The notes under the pieces: model-generated
Databases searched by the model: none
The model's input: only the letters and a program-made list of their open reading frames with translations
What the model was told of the DNA's origin: nothing
Part shown: positions 1-8,934 of the stretch, in pieces
How positions within the stretch are numbered: the stretch's first letter is position 1
How the letters are laid out: each line of letters starts with the position of its first letter
Translations under genes and position numbers: made by a program
NCBI GenBank assembly: GCA_963828735.1
Contig: CAWHFW010000005.1
Coordinates: forward strand, 32,001 to 96,000
DNA: 64,000 nt
Origin: an uncultured Gemmatimonadales bacterium
GTDB taxonomy: Bacteria; Gemmatimonadota; Gemmatimonadetes; Gemmatimonadales; GWC2-71-9
Reading direction: 5' to 3'

Positions 1-1809
1 GCGGATCTCGTCGTCCGTCCGTCCGTTGCGGGCCCCATCCACCAGCACGTCCACCACCTCGCTCAGGCCGATCGGCAGCGCGCCGTTCCTGGCGCACAGC
101 ACCTTGGGGTGATCGGTCGACACGGCGCTCTCGGAATCGAAGAACAGCTCCTCGTACAGCTTCTCGCCAGGTCGCGTGCCGCTGAAGCGGATCTCGATGT
201 CCTCCCCGACCTCGAGCCCGGAGAGCCGAATGAGATCCGTGGCGAGGTCGAGCACCTTGATCGGCTCACCCATGTCGAGCACGAAGACCTCTCCGCCCCG
301 CCCGATCGCGCCGGCCTGCAGAACGAGCTGGACCGCTTCGGGGATGGTCATGAAGTAGCGACGCATCTCCGGATGGGTCACGGTGACGGGACCGCCCATC
401 TGGATCTGGCGGAGGAAGGTGGGCACCACGCTGCCGCGGCTCCCGAGCACGTTGCCGAACCGGACGGCGACGAACTTCCGCTCGTGCGCCTCGGCGATCT
501 CCTGCACGATCTGCTCGGCGACGCGCTTGGTCGCGCCCATGATGTTCGTGGGCCGTACGGCCTTGTCGGTGGAGATCAGCACCAGGTGCTCGACTCCGAA
601 CTCCGCCGAGAGCTCCGCCACGTTCTTGGTGCCGAGCACGTTGTTGGTGACCGCCTCGGCGATGTTGAATTCCATGAGCGGCACGTGCTTGTGCGCCGCG
701 GCGTGGAAGACCGAATACGGCTTGTATTGCTCGAACACCTGGCGCAGCCGCTCCCGGTCGCGCACGTCGGCGATGATCGGAATCGCGGTGACGTTGGGAA
801 ACCGCTCGGTCAGCTCGGCCAGGATGTCGAAGATGGAATTCTCGCCATGGCCCAGGATGAGCACCTGCGCGGGCTCCAGTCGGGCCAGCTGCCGGCACAG
901 CTCGCTGCCGATCGAGCCGCCGGCGCCGGTGACGAGCACCGTCTCGCCGGTGGCGAGCACGCGCACCTGCTCGAGGTCCGTCTGGATCGGGTCACGGCGG
1001 AGCAGGTCTTGGATTTCGACCTGACGCAGGGAGGCCACGGCGACGCGCCCGGAGAGAATGTCGAACATGCCGGGCACGGTTCGGGTCTTGACCCCGGCCT
1101 CGAGCGAGGCGCGCACCACCTCGCGGACCACGGAGCCCGAGGCCCGCGGCATCGCGATGATGATCTCCTCGACCTCCAGCCGACGGGCCAGCTCCGGAAT
1201 CCGGCCCAGCGGACCGAGGACCGGGAGGTCGCACAGGCGATGGCCGTGCTTGGTCCGATCGTCGTCGATGAAGGCGACCGGGTTGAGGCCGAGCTGCGGG
1301 TGGCCCAGCAGCTCCTTCACGATCATCTCGCCGGCCGCCCCCGCGCCGACGATGAGCACCCGCCGCGCGTCCTCCAGGCGACGCCGCTGGACCCGCCGAT
1401 TGAGCAGGCGTACGAGAAGCCGGGGCAACGAAACGAGCGCGGCGGTCAGGCAGGCGTCAATGAACAGGACCGAGAGGGGCACCCGAACCGGCGTGATCCC
1501 GAGGACGGGGAGCACCACCGCGCCCAGGATCGCCGTGGCGATGGCCGAGATGGTCGTCGCGAGAAGGATGCGCTCGAGTTCCGCCACCCCGGCGTGACGC
1601 CAGAGCCGGCGGTAGAGACCCACCCCTTGGAGGATCGCGAGCTTGATCGGGACGCTGAAGACGACGAAGAGCAGTGCGGTCCGGGAGTCCTGAGGGCCCC
1701 ACTCGAAGCCTTCGAAGCGGACGAAGTAGGACCATAATGGCGCGGCGGACAGGGTCACCGCGTCCATTAGAAACAGGTAGCGGTTGCGGATATGGCTCAG
1801 TTTTACCAT
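1..1809 (-). CDS. CapD/PglF/WlbL-family UDP-GlcNAc 4,6-dehydratase, membrane-anchored (3' end runs off the window)
   Basis: Not in the ORF track; translated by hand from ATG at 1809 (MVKLSHIRNRYLFLMD...). Motifs TGAGGSIGSELCRQL, FHAAAHKHVPLME, ISTDKAVRPTNIMGATKR, RFGNVLGSRGSVVP, RYFMTIPEAVQLV. Confidence 0.93.
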   Translation of the reverse strand, partial: MVKLSHIRNRYLFLMDAVTLSAAPLWSYFVRFEGFEWGPQDSRTALLFVVFSVPIKLAILQGVGLYRRLWRHAGVAELERILLATTISAIATAILGAVVLPVLGITPVRVPLSVLFIDACLTAALVSLPRLLVRLLNRRVQRRRLEDARRVLIVGAGAAGEMIVKELLGHPQLGLNPVAFIDDDRTKHGHRLCDLPVLGPLGRIPELARRLEVEEIIIAMPRASGSVVREVVRASLEAGVKTRTVPGMFDILSGRVAVASLRQVEIQDLLRRDPIQTDLEQVRVLATGETVLVTGAGGSIGSELCRQLARLEPAQVLILGHGENSIFDILAELTERFPNVTAIPIIADVRDRERLRQVFEQYKPYSVFHAAAHKHVPLMEFNIAEAVTNNVLGTKNVAELSAEFGVEHLVLISTDKAVRPTNIMGATKRVAEQIVQEIAEAHERKFVAVRFGNVLGSRGSVVPTFLRQIQMGGPVTVTHPEMRRYFMTIPEAVQLVLQAGAIGRGGEVFVLDMGEPIKVLDLATDLIRLSGLEVGEDIEIRFSGTRPGEKLYEELFFDSESAVSTDHPKVLCARNGALPIGLSEVVDVLVDGARNGRTDDEIR

Positions 1810-1984
1810 GGCGTGGCGGCGTTCATGCCGTGCTCCCGCCGGGATACGGTCCAAAGATGAAACAGCGTTTCAAGTCATTCCGAAACAACGATTTGCGTTG
1901 TCTGGAGACCGGGCCGTTGCGATATCTTGGGGCCAGCCAACTGCGCCAAGTGTCGTAGAATCTAACGGTGCCTGGCCCCGATGC

Positions 1985-3706
1985 CTAACGATTTGCACCG
2001 TCTAGCTGCTCGGCGGGATATACAAATGGTGTGCCTTGCAGAATTCCGGCGCAGACCACGTCGAGCCCGGGGCTCCGTCCGGGGAGCAAATCGTCCACGG
2101 TCCGCACCGCCAGCCGGAACTGCGGCTGCCCTCCCGTCGGCTCGACCTGGTCGATCGGAATCATCCTCCGGAAGAAGAAGTGGTAGGCATACTTACGCGC
2201 TCGCCGGGTCGTGGCATCGGGCATCCGCGAGCGGAACGGCAGCCGGGAGAGGATCTCGAAGTAATCGGCTGCGGAGCTGGCGTCCGTGGTGAGGCCCTTG
2301 TTCCGGATCCAGGCTTCGCCGGCGACGATGACCGGTATCCCGAGGCTGGTCAGCTCCACCCCGGTCTTGGTCCCGTAGATGATCACGGCGTCGCACGCCT
2401 CGGCGGCGGCATAGGTGCTCATCGGGCTCTCGGGAGGCACCACGAACACGTTCGGTGCCAGTACAGGGAACGTCCGGCGCAGCTCGTCCGTGACCAGCTG
2501 TCGGGATGGGATGTCGCCGGAAAGCTCCGCGGGGTGGACCCGGATGAGGAGCTGGAGATCCGGACGGCGCGCGAACCAGCGGACGGTGCTCGTGATCCAC
2601 TCGATCATGTCGGGGAACGCGTTGGCCGGGTAGTGTAGCTGCGCGTCCCAGGCCACGTTGGTGAGGAGACCGATGATGGGTCGGCCGAGATCGATCGCGC
2701 GGAGCTCCGGGGTGGACCGCCGAAGATCTTCCACCGGCTTCGTGTTGTGGAAGACGATCCAGTCCCGGCCCCCACGTCGCCGGCTGCTCAGGTAGTCGAC
2801 GATCTCGGCCTCCCGCGCAGGCGTCCAATCGACGTCCTCCCATTCGCTCACCGGCTCGGACAGCAGCGTGTGGTGGTACGTCTCGCCGTGGCTGAAGACG
2901 AACGATCGCTTGCGGTAGGCCACGTTCCAGGCCACCACGCGCCGTCCTTCGCGTCGGGCCACCTCGGCGACGATGCCATGCGGCACATAGATCCCGTGGT
3001 TCACCACCACGACCTCGATCCCCTCCTGGCGCAGGAGTCGGCGGGTGGCCCGCGCGGTGAGCAGGGCGCCCTCGACGAATCGGCGGAGCACGGCTTCCCC
3101 GTGCGGCTCCCCATCCAGCGTGGATCGGGCGTAGTACCGGAGTGCGCCGGCGCGCGCATGCTCCCCGATCGGCAGATCGTCGACCTCGAGGGTGGCCAGA
3201 CGGTCGGCCGGGGTCCCGGCCGCGAGCGCGGCGGCGGACTGCCGCTCCTCGCTGGTCAGGAGCTCGCTATAGCGATGAATCGGAAGGCCGAGCGGACGGT
3301 AGAGCTCGGCGGCGCGGGGGTAGCACTCCGCACACATGTACCGTTGAGGGCCGCCGGCCGTGAAGGAGGACGGACGCTGGAGGCCGATCTCCACCATCTG
3401 GCACGCCGGAAGAACCCCGTCGCACAGGAGAAAGCTCGCTCTCGCGCCCCGCATCGTGAGTGAGGCGGCCAGGAGCGTGTCCATGAGCGGCGCCGACGGG
3501 TGCGCGCCCGTGCTCGTGGCCAGCAGCACCCGTGTGCCGCCGGTCGTGGTGGCCAGGGCTTCGGCCCAGCGGGTGCCGGAGTCGGCCACGACGCGGCCCC
3601 AATCCGGCTCGTACGCCTTCGACTGGCGCCGGCGGATATCGTGATAGACGCGGTTCGCGACCGGCGACCGCCGGGTCACGGCCTTGAGGATGTCTTTCAG
3701 GGTCAT
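1985..3706 (-). CDS. Capsule polysaccharide biosynthesis protein (KpsS-like), candidate CMP-ulosonate glycosyltransferase
   Basis: 573-aa ORF with C-terminal LLTNVAWDAQL, LLIRVHPAE and YGTKTGVELTSLGIPVIVAGEA motifs typical of Capsule_synth-type GT-B proteins. Confidence 0.7.
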   Translation of the reverse strand: MTLKDILKAVTRRSPVANRVYHDIRRRQSKAYEPDWGRVVADSGTRWAEALATTTGGTRVLLATSTGAHPSAPLMDTLLAASLTMRGARASFLLCDGVLPACQMVEIGLQRPSSFTAGGPQRYMCAECYPRAAELYRPLGLPIHRYSELLTSEERQSAAALAAGTPADRLATLEVDDLPIGEHARAGALRYYARSTLDGEPHGEAVLRRFVEGALLTARATRRLLRQEGIEVVVVNHGIYVPHGIVAEVARREGRRVVAWNVAYRKRSFVFSHGETYHHTLLSEPVSEWEDVDWTPAREAEIVDYLSSRRRGGRDWIVFHNTKPVEDLRRSTPELRAIDLGRPIIGLLTNVAWDAQLHYPANAFPDMIEWITSTVRWFARRPDLQLLIRVHPAELSGDIPSRQLVTDELRRTFPVLAPNVFVVPPESPMSTYAAAEACDAVIIYGTKTGVELTSLGIPVIVAGEAWIRNKGLTTDASSAADYFEILSRLPFRSRMPDATTRRARKYAYHFFFRRMIPIDQVEPTGGQPQFRLAVRTVDDLLPGRSPGLDVVCAGILQGTPFVYPAEQLDGANR

Positions 3707-3716
3707 CGCGCGGAAT

Positions 3717-4577
3717 CTAGTCCGAGAAGCACCGGCGGTGGCCCGGACGCACCCGGGCGAGCCAGTAGCGCGGCGGCTCGTAGTGGTTTTCCGAGGTGTA
3801 CGGTGCCAGGAAGTGGTGGCCGAGCAGGTCCTCGCGCACGAAGAACGCGTTCATCCCGGCCAGCCCGCAGCCCACGAGCGCATAGCCCATGCGGCGGCCC
3901 AGCAGCTCGTAGCTCTTGAGGCTCGCACCGAAGTAGTTCGTGCCGTTCCAGAGCTTGGCGGCGTCGTACGCCACCACCCATTCGTCCGACGGCGGCATGG
4001 TAGCGTTGTACTCGACGACCACGGCGCGAGGCCGCCAGGCGGCGAGGGCTTCCCAGATGTACCACGTGTTCCGGTCCACGTCGACACTCAGGAAATCGAA
4101 CTCGGCCGGGATGCCGAGGCTCGTTAGCGAGGCCGCGACGCTCTCCGCGGTCACGATCGTTTCCTGGATCGCGAGGCCGCCCGTCTCGATGGGCCGGGCG
4201 AAGTGCCGGCGCGCTTCCGCGACTGCCGCGCGATCGCCCTCGAGCCAGGCACCTCGCCAGCCTCGAGCAAGCAGGTACGTCGTATTGTTCTCCAGGCCGT
4301 CGCCGACGCCGATTTCGACGAACCGCCGATCCGTCGTGCCGATCCGGCGGAAGATCTCGGCGATGATGCCGTCCTCGCCGCTCTGCGAAAAGACCTGGGC
4401 CTCGAAGCGGTTGAGGCGCCGGGCGTCCTGATATCGCGCGTCGGCGAGGAGGTCGCGCGTGGCCGCATCCGCGGCGAGCGTCAGCAGCTCGCGCTGCCAG
4501 CGCGCCGCGGCGGCGGCCGTCGCGTTGGTGGCCAGAATGCTTCGAATCAGGGGCAACCGTCCGAGCAGGGATCTCAT
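3717..4577 (-). CDS. FkbM-like SAM-dependent methyltransferase
   Basis: FSQSGEDGII, FVEIGVGDG, DFLSVDVD, VVVEYN, GASL and NAFFV motifs. Start reassigned to ATG 4577 (MRSLLG). Confidence 0.75.
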   Translation of the reverse strand: MRSLLGRLPLIRSILATNATAAAAARWQRELLTLAADAATRDLLADARYQDARRLNRFEAQVFSQSGEDGIIAEIFRRIGTTDRRFVEIGVGDGLENNTTYLLARGWRGAWLEGDRAAVAEARRHFARPIETGGLAIQETIVTAESVAASLTSLGIPAEFDFLSVDVDRNTWYIWEALAAWRPRAVVVEYNATMPPSDEWVVAYDAAKLWNGTNYFGASLKSYELLGRRMGYALVGCGLAGMNAFFVREDLLGHHFLAPYTSENHYEPPRYWLARVRPGHRRCFSD

Positions 4578-4596
4578 GCGGCCTCGCCTCGGAAGA

Positions 4597-6024
4597 TCAT
4601 GGCGGCGCGCCTGATGGTCTGAGCGTGCGCAGGCGCGCGGCGACCACGCGGAGGAGCGACTGGTCGAGCCACGCCAGCGCCGTGCCGTACACGGCGACCG
4701 GAAGCAGCACGAGGACCGACGCCCGGAGCCACGAAGGCTGGCCCTGCAACCGGCCGACGGCGTATCCGGTCGCGAGCATGACGAGCGCGGCCAGGAACGC
4801 CATTCCACACGTGCGCCAGAGCTCGGCCGCCCCGAATCCGATCAGCGCCGAGGTCATGCGCATGATCACGAGCGCCCCGAGCGCGTAGGCGATCGTGATA
4901 CCCCATACGGCCCCGCCGACCCCACCGCGCTGAACCCCCGCCCACAGGAGCACGGCCACGGTCGCCGTGATCCCCACCGACCACCAGAGCAGCCAGCGCG
5001 GGCGGTCGAGCGACTTGAGAAGCTGCCCCACCGGCGACATGTACGCCTGGAACACCGCCAGCAAGCCCATGACCTGAATGAGCGGAACCGCCGCGACCCA
5101 GCGCTCGCCCCAGATGAGCGGCACGATCGACGGCGCCGCGAGCGCGCAGAGGACCGCGGCTGGCAGCGCGATCACGGCCAGCCAGCGCATGGCATCGCCA
5201 TAGGCGCGGCGCATCGCGTCCCGATCCTCCTGCAGGCGCGACAGGAACGGGAACAGGTAGGTCCCGACCGCGCCGACCAGCGTCGAGATCGGCTGCACCA
5301 CCAGCCGGTAGGCGAAAACGTACAACCCCACGGCCGTCGATCCCAGGAAATGCCCCAGGAGGATCCGGTCGAGGTTCTGCACGAACGATTTGAAGACGTT
5401 GAACAGGAAGAGCTGGCTGCTGTACGGCCACATCTCCCGGAGGAGGGCGCCCGAATACTGGCTGATGCGCGGACGCCATGCCGACAGCGGCCAGATGAGC
5501 ACGGCCGAGGCGAAGCTGGACACGAGCGACTGGGCCACCAGACTCCAGACCCCGAAGCCCATCGCGGCGAGGGTGATGCCCACTCCGCCGCCGATCAGGG
5601 ACGCACTGATGTCCCGCAGGGCCAGCTCGCGAAACCGGAGCTCTCGCTGGGCCATCGCGGTCTGGGCGGCGGAGAGGGAGCCCACCACGAAGTTGAGCGA
5701 CAACGCCATCGCCACCGGCTGCAGGGCCGGCTCGTGGAAGAACCACGCGCTGGGCCACGAGAGTCCGATGCCGACCGCGGTCAGCAGCACACCCACTGCC
5801 AGGTTGAGCGCGAAGACCGTGCTGAAGTGGGCCGGACCGACGTCGCGCCGCTGCACCAGCGCGGCACCGAGGCCGAGGTCGCTGAACGACTGCACGACCG
5901 ACAGCCACGCCATCGCCATGCCGACGAGCCCGAAGTCGCGTGGCGCGAGCAGCAGGCCGAGCACCGCGAAGACCAGCAAGGACGTGAGCTGGCGGCCGCC
6001 GACCTGCAGGATGGCCCAGATCAC
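4597..6024 (-). CDS. wzx: Wzx-type (PST family) oligosaccharide flippase
   Basis: Multi-TM protein; LLAPRDFGLVGMA, DLGLGAALVQR, GFGVWSLV, NLDRILLGHFLG..VGLY. GTG start overlaps the upstream stop. Confidence 0.9.
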   Translation of the reverse strand: MIWAILQVGGRQLTSLLVFAVLGLLLAPRDFGLVGMAMAWLSVVQSFSDLGLGAALVQRRDVGPAHFSTVFALNLAVGVLLTAVGIGLSWPSAWFFHEPALQPVAMALSLNFVVGSLSAAQTAMAQRELRFRELALRDISASLIGGGVGITLAAMGFGVWSLVAQSLVSSFASAVLIWPLSAWRPRISQYSGALLREMWPYSSQLFLFNVFKSFVQNLDRILLGHFLGSTAVGLYVFAYRLVVQPISTLVGAVGTYLFPFLSRLQEDRDAMRRAYGDAMRWLAVIALPAAVLCALAAPSIVPLIWGERWVAAVPLIQVMGLLAVFQAYMSPVGQLLKSLDRPRWLLWWSVGITATVAVLLWAGVQRGGVGGAVWGITIAYALGALVIMRMTSALIGFGAAELWRTCGMAFLAALVMLATGYAVGRLQGQPSWLRASVLVLLPVAVYGTALAWLDQSLLRVVAARLRTLRPSGAPP

Positions 6025-7229
6025 CCTCGGCCCTCCGCCGCGCCCTCGAGGACGTTGGCCATGTGGCCGAGCACGATGCGCGTGTCCCACTCGCTCTCGA
6101 TCCATTGACGGCCGCGCGCGCCGAGGGCGCGGCGGCACTCGGGATCCGCGGCCAGGCGCAGCGCCGCGTCAGCCAGCGCGCGCGGATCGTTCGCGGGCAC
6201 GAGAATACCGGTCTCACCCTCGCGCACCAGCTCGGGAATCCCCCCCACCGCGGAGGCTACCACCGGCCGAGCGGTCGCGAGAGCTTCGGCGGCGGCCAGG
6301 CTGCTGCAGGCGCGGTCGCCGGCGGTCGGGGCGACCAGCAGATCCGCCCCGGCATAGACGGCCGGCAGGTCGTCATAGGGCACGTTCTCGAGGACCGACA
6401 CGCGGCCCTCGGCGCGCGAGGCGAACGCCCGCGCCGACGCGGCGAGCTCATCGGCGGCGCCGGCCACGATGAGACGCAAGGACCGGTTTCGCTCGAGCAT
6501 CCCCGGCGCGGCGGCGAGGAGCGTGTTCAGCCCCATCTCACGGTTGAGACGGCCCAGGAAGAGGACCACCACGTCACCCGCGGCGGCGCCCGCCCGCCGG
6601 CGGACCTCACGGCCGTCCACGTCCGGGCGGAAACGCGCCGCATCCACGCCGTAGGGAATGACCTGCACCGGCGGCCGGAGGCCGAACCGCTCGTAGGTCT
6701 GGGCGCAGTGGCGGCTGCCCGAGACCAGCCGCGCGGCGTTCATGCAGATGAACGGGAGCACCCGCGGATTGTCCTGGAAGAACCGGCCATTGCTCAGCAG
6801 CTCCCCGAAATTGTTGACGACGAGCGGTATGCCTCGCTCCTGGGCGATCGCCGCCCCGATCAATCCGCCCCGGGACAGGTTGAATCCGCAGATCACCCTG
6901 ACATCGTGGCGCCGGACGATCTCGCGCCCCACGCTCGCGAGAGCGACAAGCCAGGCGCTCACCACGCGGTCCGCCGAGGTCCGCGCGCGGACGGCCAGCG
7001 GCGAGCCGCGGAACGCGACCGCGTGGCGAGCCGCGAGCGGAAGTTTGCGCCACCACGGAAGCCTGTAGACTGTAACCCGCCCATGGTGCTCGAGACCGGT
7101 CCGGCCGGTCGAGATCACATGCACGTCCCAGCCCCGGTCGGCGAGGAACGGTGCGAGGTTTTCGATGTAGCGGGGAACGCCGCCGTACGGCGGCGGATAG
7201 TTGCCGATGAGCAGCGCCGCGCGGCTCAT
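6021..7229 (-). CDS. Glycosyltransferase family 4
   Basis: YPPPYGG N-terminus, IPYGVD, FLGRL, EALATARPVVASAVGGIPELV. Start ATG 7229. Confidence 0.9.
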   Translation of the reverse strand: MSRAALLIGNYPPPYGGVPRYIENLAPFLADRGWDVHVISTGRTGLEHHGRVTVYRLPWWRKLPLAARHAVAFRGSPLAVRARTSADRVVSAWLVALASVGREIVRRHDVRVICGFNLSRGGLIGAAIAQERGIPLVVNNFGELLSNGRFFQDNPRVLPFICMNAARLVSGSRHCAQTYERFGLRPPVQVIPYGVDAARFRPDVDGREVRRRAGAAAGDVVVLFLGRLNREMGLNTLLAAAPGMLERNRSLRLIVAGAADELAASARAFASRAEGRVSVLENVPYDDLPAVYAGADLLVAPTAGDRACSSLAAAEALATARPVVASAVGGIPELVREGETGILVPANDPRALADAALRLAADPECRRALGARGRQWIESEWDTRIVLGHMANVLEGAAEGRG

Positions 7230-7975
7230 CGTTCCTGGGGCGCCGGCGAAGGCCGGGCCACGACCAGAAGGTTCTGGGTGACGATCGGATGCACCGGCCC
7301 CATCTCGGCGACGATGGCCGTGACGATCGCGGCCTCGATCACGCGCCAGGCGACCGCGCGGAGCCACGACTTGACCCCGTAGATCACCGGCCGCACCGGG
7401 TGACAGACGACGCTGGCGAAGCCGGCCGCGCGCAGGACCTGCCCGATGCTCGCCTGGGTGAACGCGGTCTCGTGCGTGAAGTCCCCGTAAATGATGCGGC
7501 CCGCGAGCGGAGACTCCCCGTTGGGGACCTGCATCAGGAGCGCCCCGCCGGGACGAAGCGCCTCGCGGCACAGCGTGAGAGTCTCGACGGTGTCGCACTT
7601 GGCGAAATGCTCGAACAGATCGCGAGCCACGAGCAGGTCATAGCGGCCTGTCGCGCCTTGCAGGAACTCGAGCACGTCGCCGTGATGAAGATTCCGCACG
7701 CCGAGTCGCTCGCCGTGCTCGATCTGATCGCGGCTCACGTCCAGGCCGGCGGCGTTGGTATAGCCGATCTGCTGGAGCCACCACACGAGGCTGCCATACC
7801 CGCACCCGAGGTCGGCGATGGCTGCGTCGCGGTCGGTGGGCAGGAAGCCCCGCAGCGTGCGCTCCCATCGGAGCGCCTTGTCGCGGAGCCCCTCCGCCGA
7901 CGCCCCGCCCTTGCGTGGCGTCAGGTGGTCCGCGAGGTAGCTCGCGTACAGCCGGTCCTTGTAATCGGGCGTCAT
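7226..7975 (-). CDS. Class I SAM-dependent methyltransferase
   Basis: DLGCGYG motif I, GLDVS, DLFEH, LRPGG, VPN, DFTH. Confidence 0.9.
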   Translation of the reverse strand: MTPDYKDRLYASYLADHLTPRKGGASAEGLRDKALRWERTLRGFLPTDRDAAIADLGCGYGSLVWWLQQIGYTNAAGLDVSRDQIEHGERLGVRNLHHGDVLEFLQGATGRYDLLVARDLFEHFAKCDTVETLTLCREALRPGGALLMQVPNGESPLAGRIIYGDFTHETAFTQASIGQVLRAAGFASVVCHPVRPVIYGVKSWLRAVAWRVIEAAIVTAIVAEMGPVHPIVTQNLLVVARPSPAPQER

Positions 7976-8934
7976 GCCGAGGCCCTCGCGTCGAGCGCGG
8001 CGAACCAGTCGGCCACCCGGCGCACACCCTCGCGCAGCGGGACAGCCGGCGCGTATCCGAGGGCCCGGAGGCGGGTGACGTCGCCCACCCAGTGCAGCGC
8101 GTCCCCCGGCCGAACCTCACCGGTGTAGCTCACCCGCGGGGACAGGCCAAGCACCGCGGTCACGTGCGCGACCAGCTGCTTGATCGTCACGCCCTCGCCC
8201 GACGCGACGTTGTACACCTCGCCGGCGAGCGGCGCGCGGGCCGCAACCGCGAGCGCCGCGGCGACGACGTCCTCGACGAACACGAAATCACGCATCTCGG
8301 TGCCGGCGCCGATCACCTCGAGACGGCTCGCATCCGCCGCCAGCTTGGCGATCAGGTCGAACACCACCTGCTTCCGCTGGCCGGGGCCGAACACCGAGAA
8401 CAACCGGAGCGAGGCGGTCCGAAGCCCGTGCAACCGCGCGTACAGCGACACGTATTGCTCCGCCGCGTACTTGCTCACGCCGTACGGCGACACCGGCACG
8501 ATCGGCGTGTCCTCCGAGATCGGCAGCGTTGTGGGCGAGCCGTACACGGCCGCGGACGAGGTGAAGACCACCGGCGTGCCGGGACTTCCGTGACGCACCG
8601 CCTCGAGCAGGTCCAGTGCGACCTCGGCGTTGTTCGCGAGGTCGCCCGCGGGATCGTCGATCGAGGGAGGGACATAGGCCGCTCCCGCGAGGTGGTAGAT
8701 ACGGTCGAAGCGCCCCTCGGCGACCAGCCCGCGGAGACGCGAGTCGGGAAGCCGGAGCCGATGCCACGTCACACCAGCCGGGACCGCCTGGGCGGATGGC
8801 GCGCTCAGGTCGTCCACGACCGTCACGTGCGCGCCGTCGGCGACCAGGCGCCGCACGAGATGAGTGCCGATGAACCCGGCGCCGCCGGTCACCAGCGCCC
8901 GGCTGGTCGCTCGCGGTCGATGGGCGGGGCTCAC
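7972..8934 (-). CDS. NAD-dependent epimerase/dehydratase (GalE-like extended SDR)
   Basis: VTGGAGFIG, SSAAVYG and PYGVSK (YxxxK). Confidence 0.92.
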   Translation of the reverse strand: MSPAHRPRATSRALVTGGAGFIGTHLVRRLVADGAHVTVVDDLSAPSAQAVPAGVTWHRLRLPDSRLRGLVAEGRFDRIYHLAGAAYVPPSIDDPAGDLANNAEVALDLLEAVRHGSPGTPVVFTSSAAVYGSPTTLPISEDTPIVPVSPYGVSKYAAEQYVSLYARLHGLRTASLRLFSVFGPGQRKQVVFDLIAKLAADASRLEVIGAGTEMRDFVFVEDVVAAALAVAARAPLAGEVYNVASGEGVTIKQLVAHVTAVLGLSPRVSYTGEVRPGDALHWVGDVTRLRALGYAPAVPLREGVRRVADWFAALDARASA

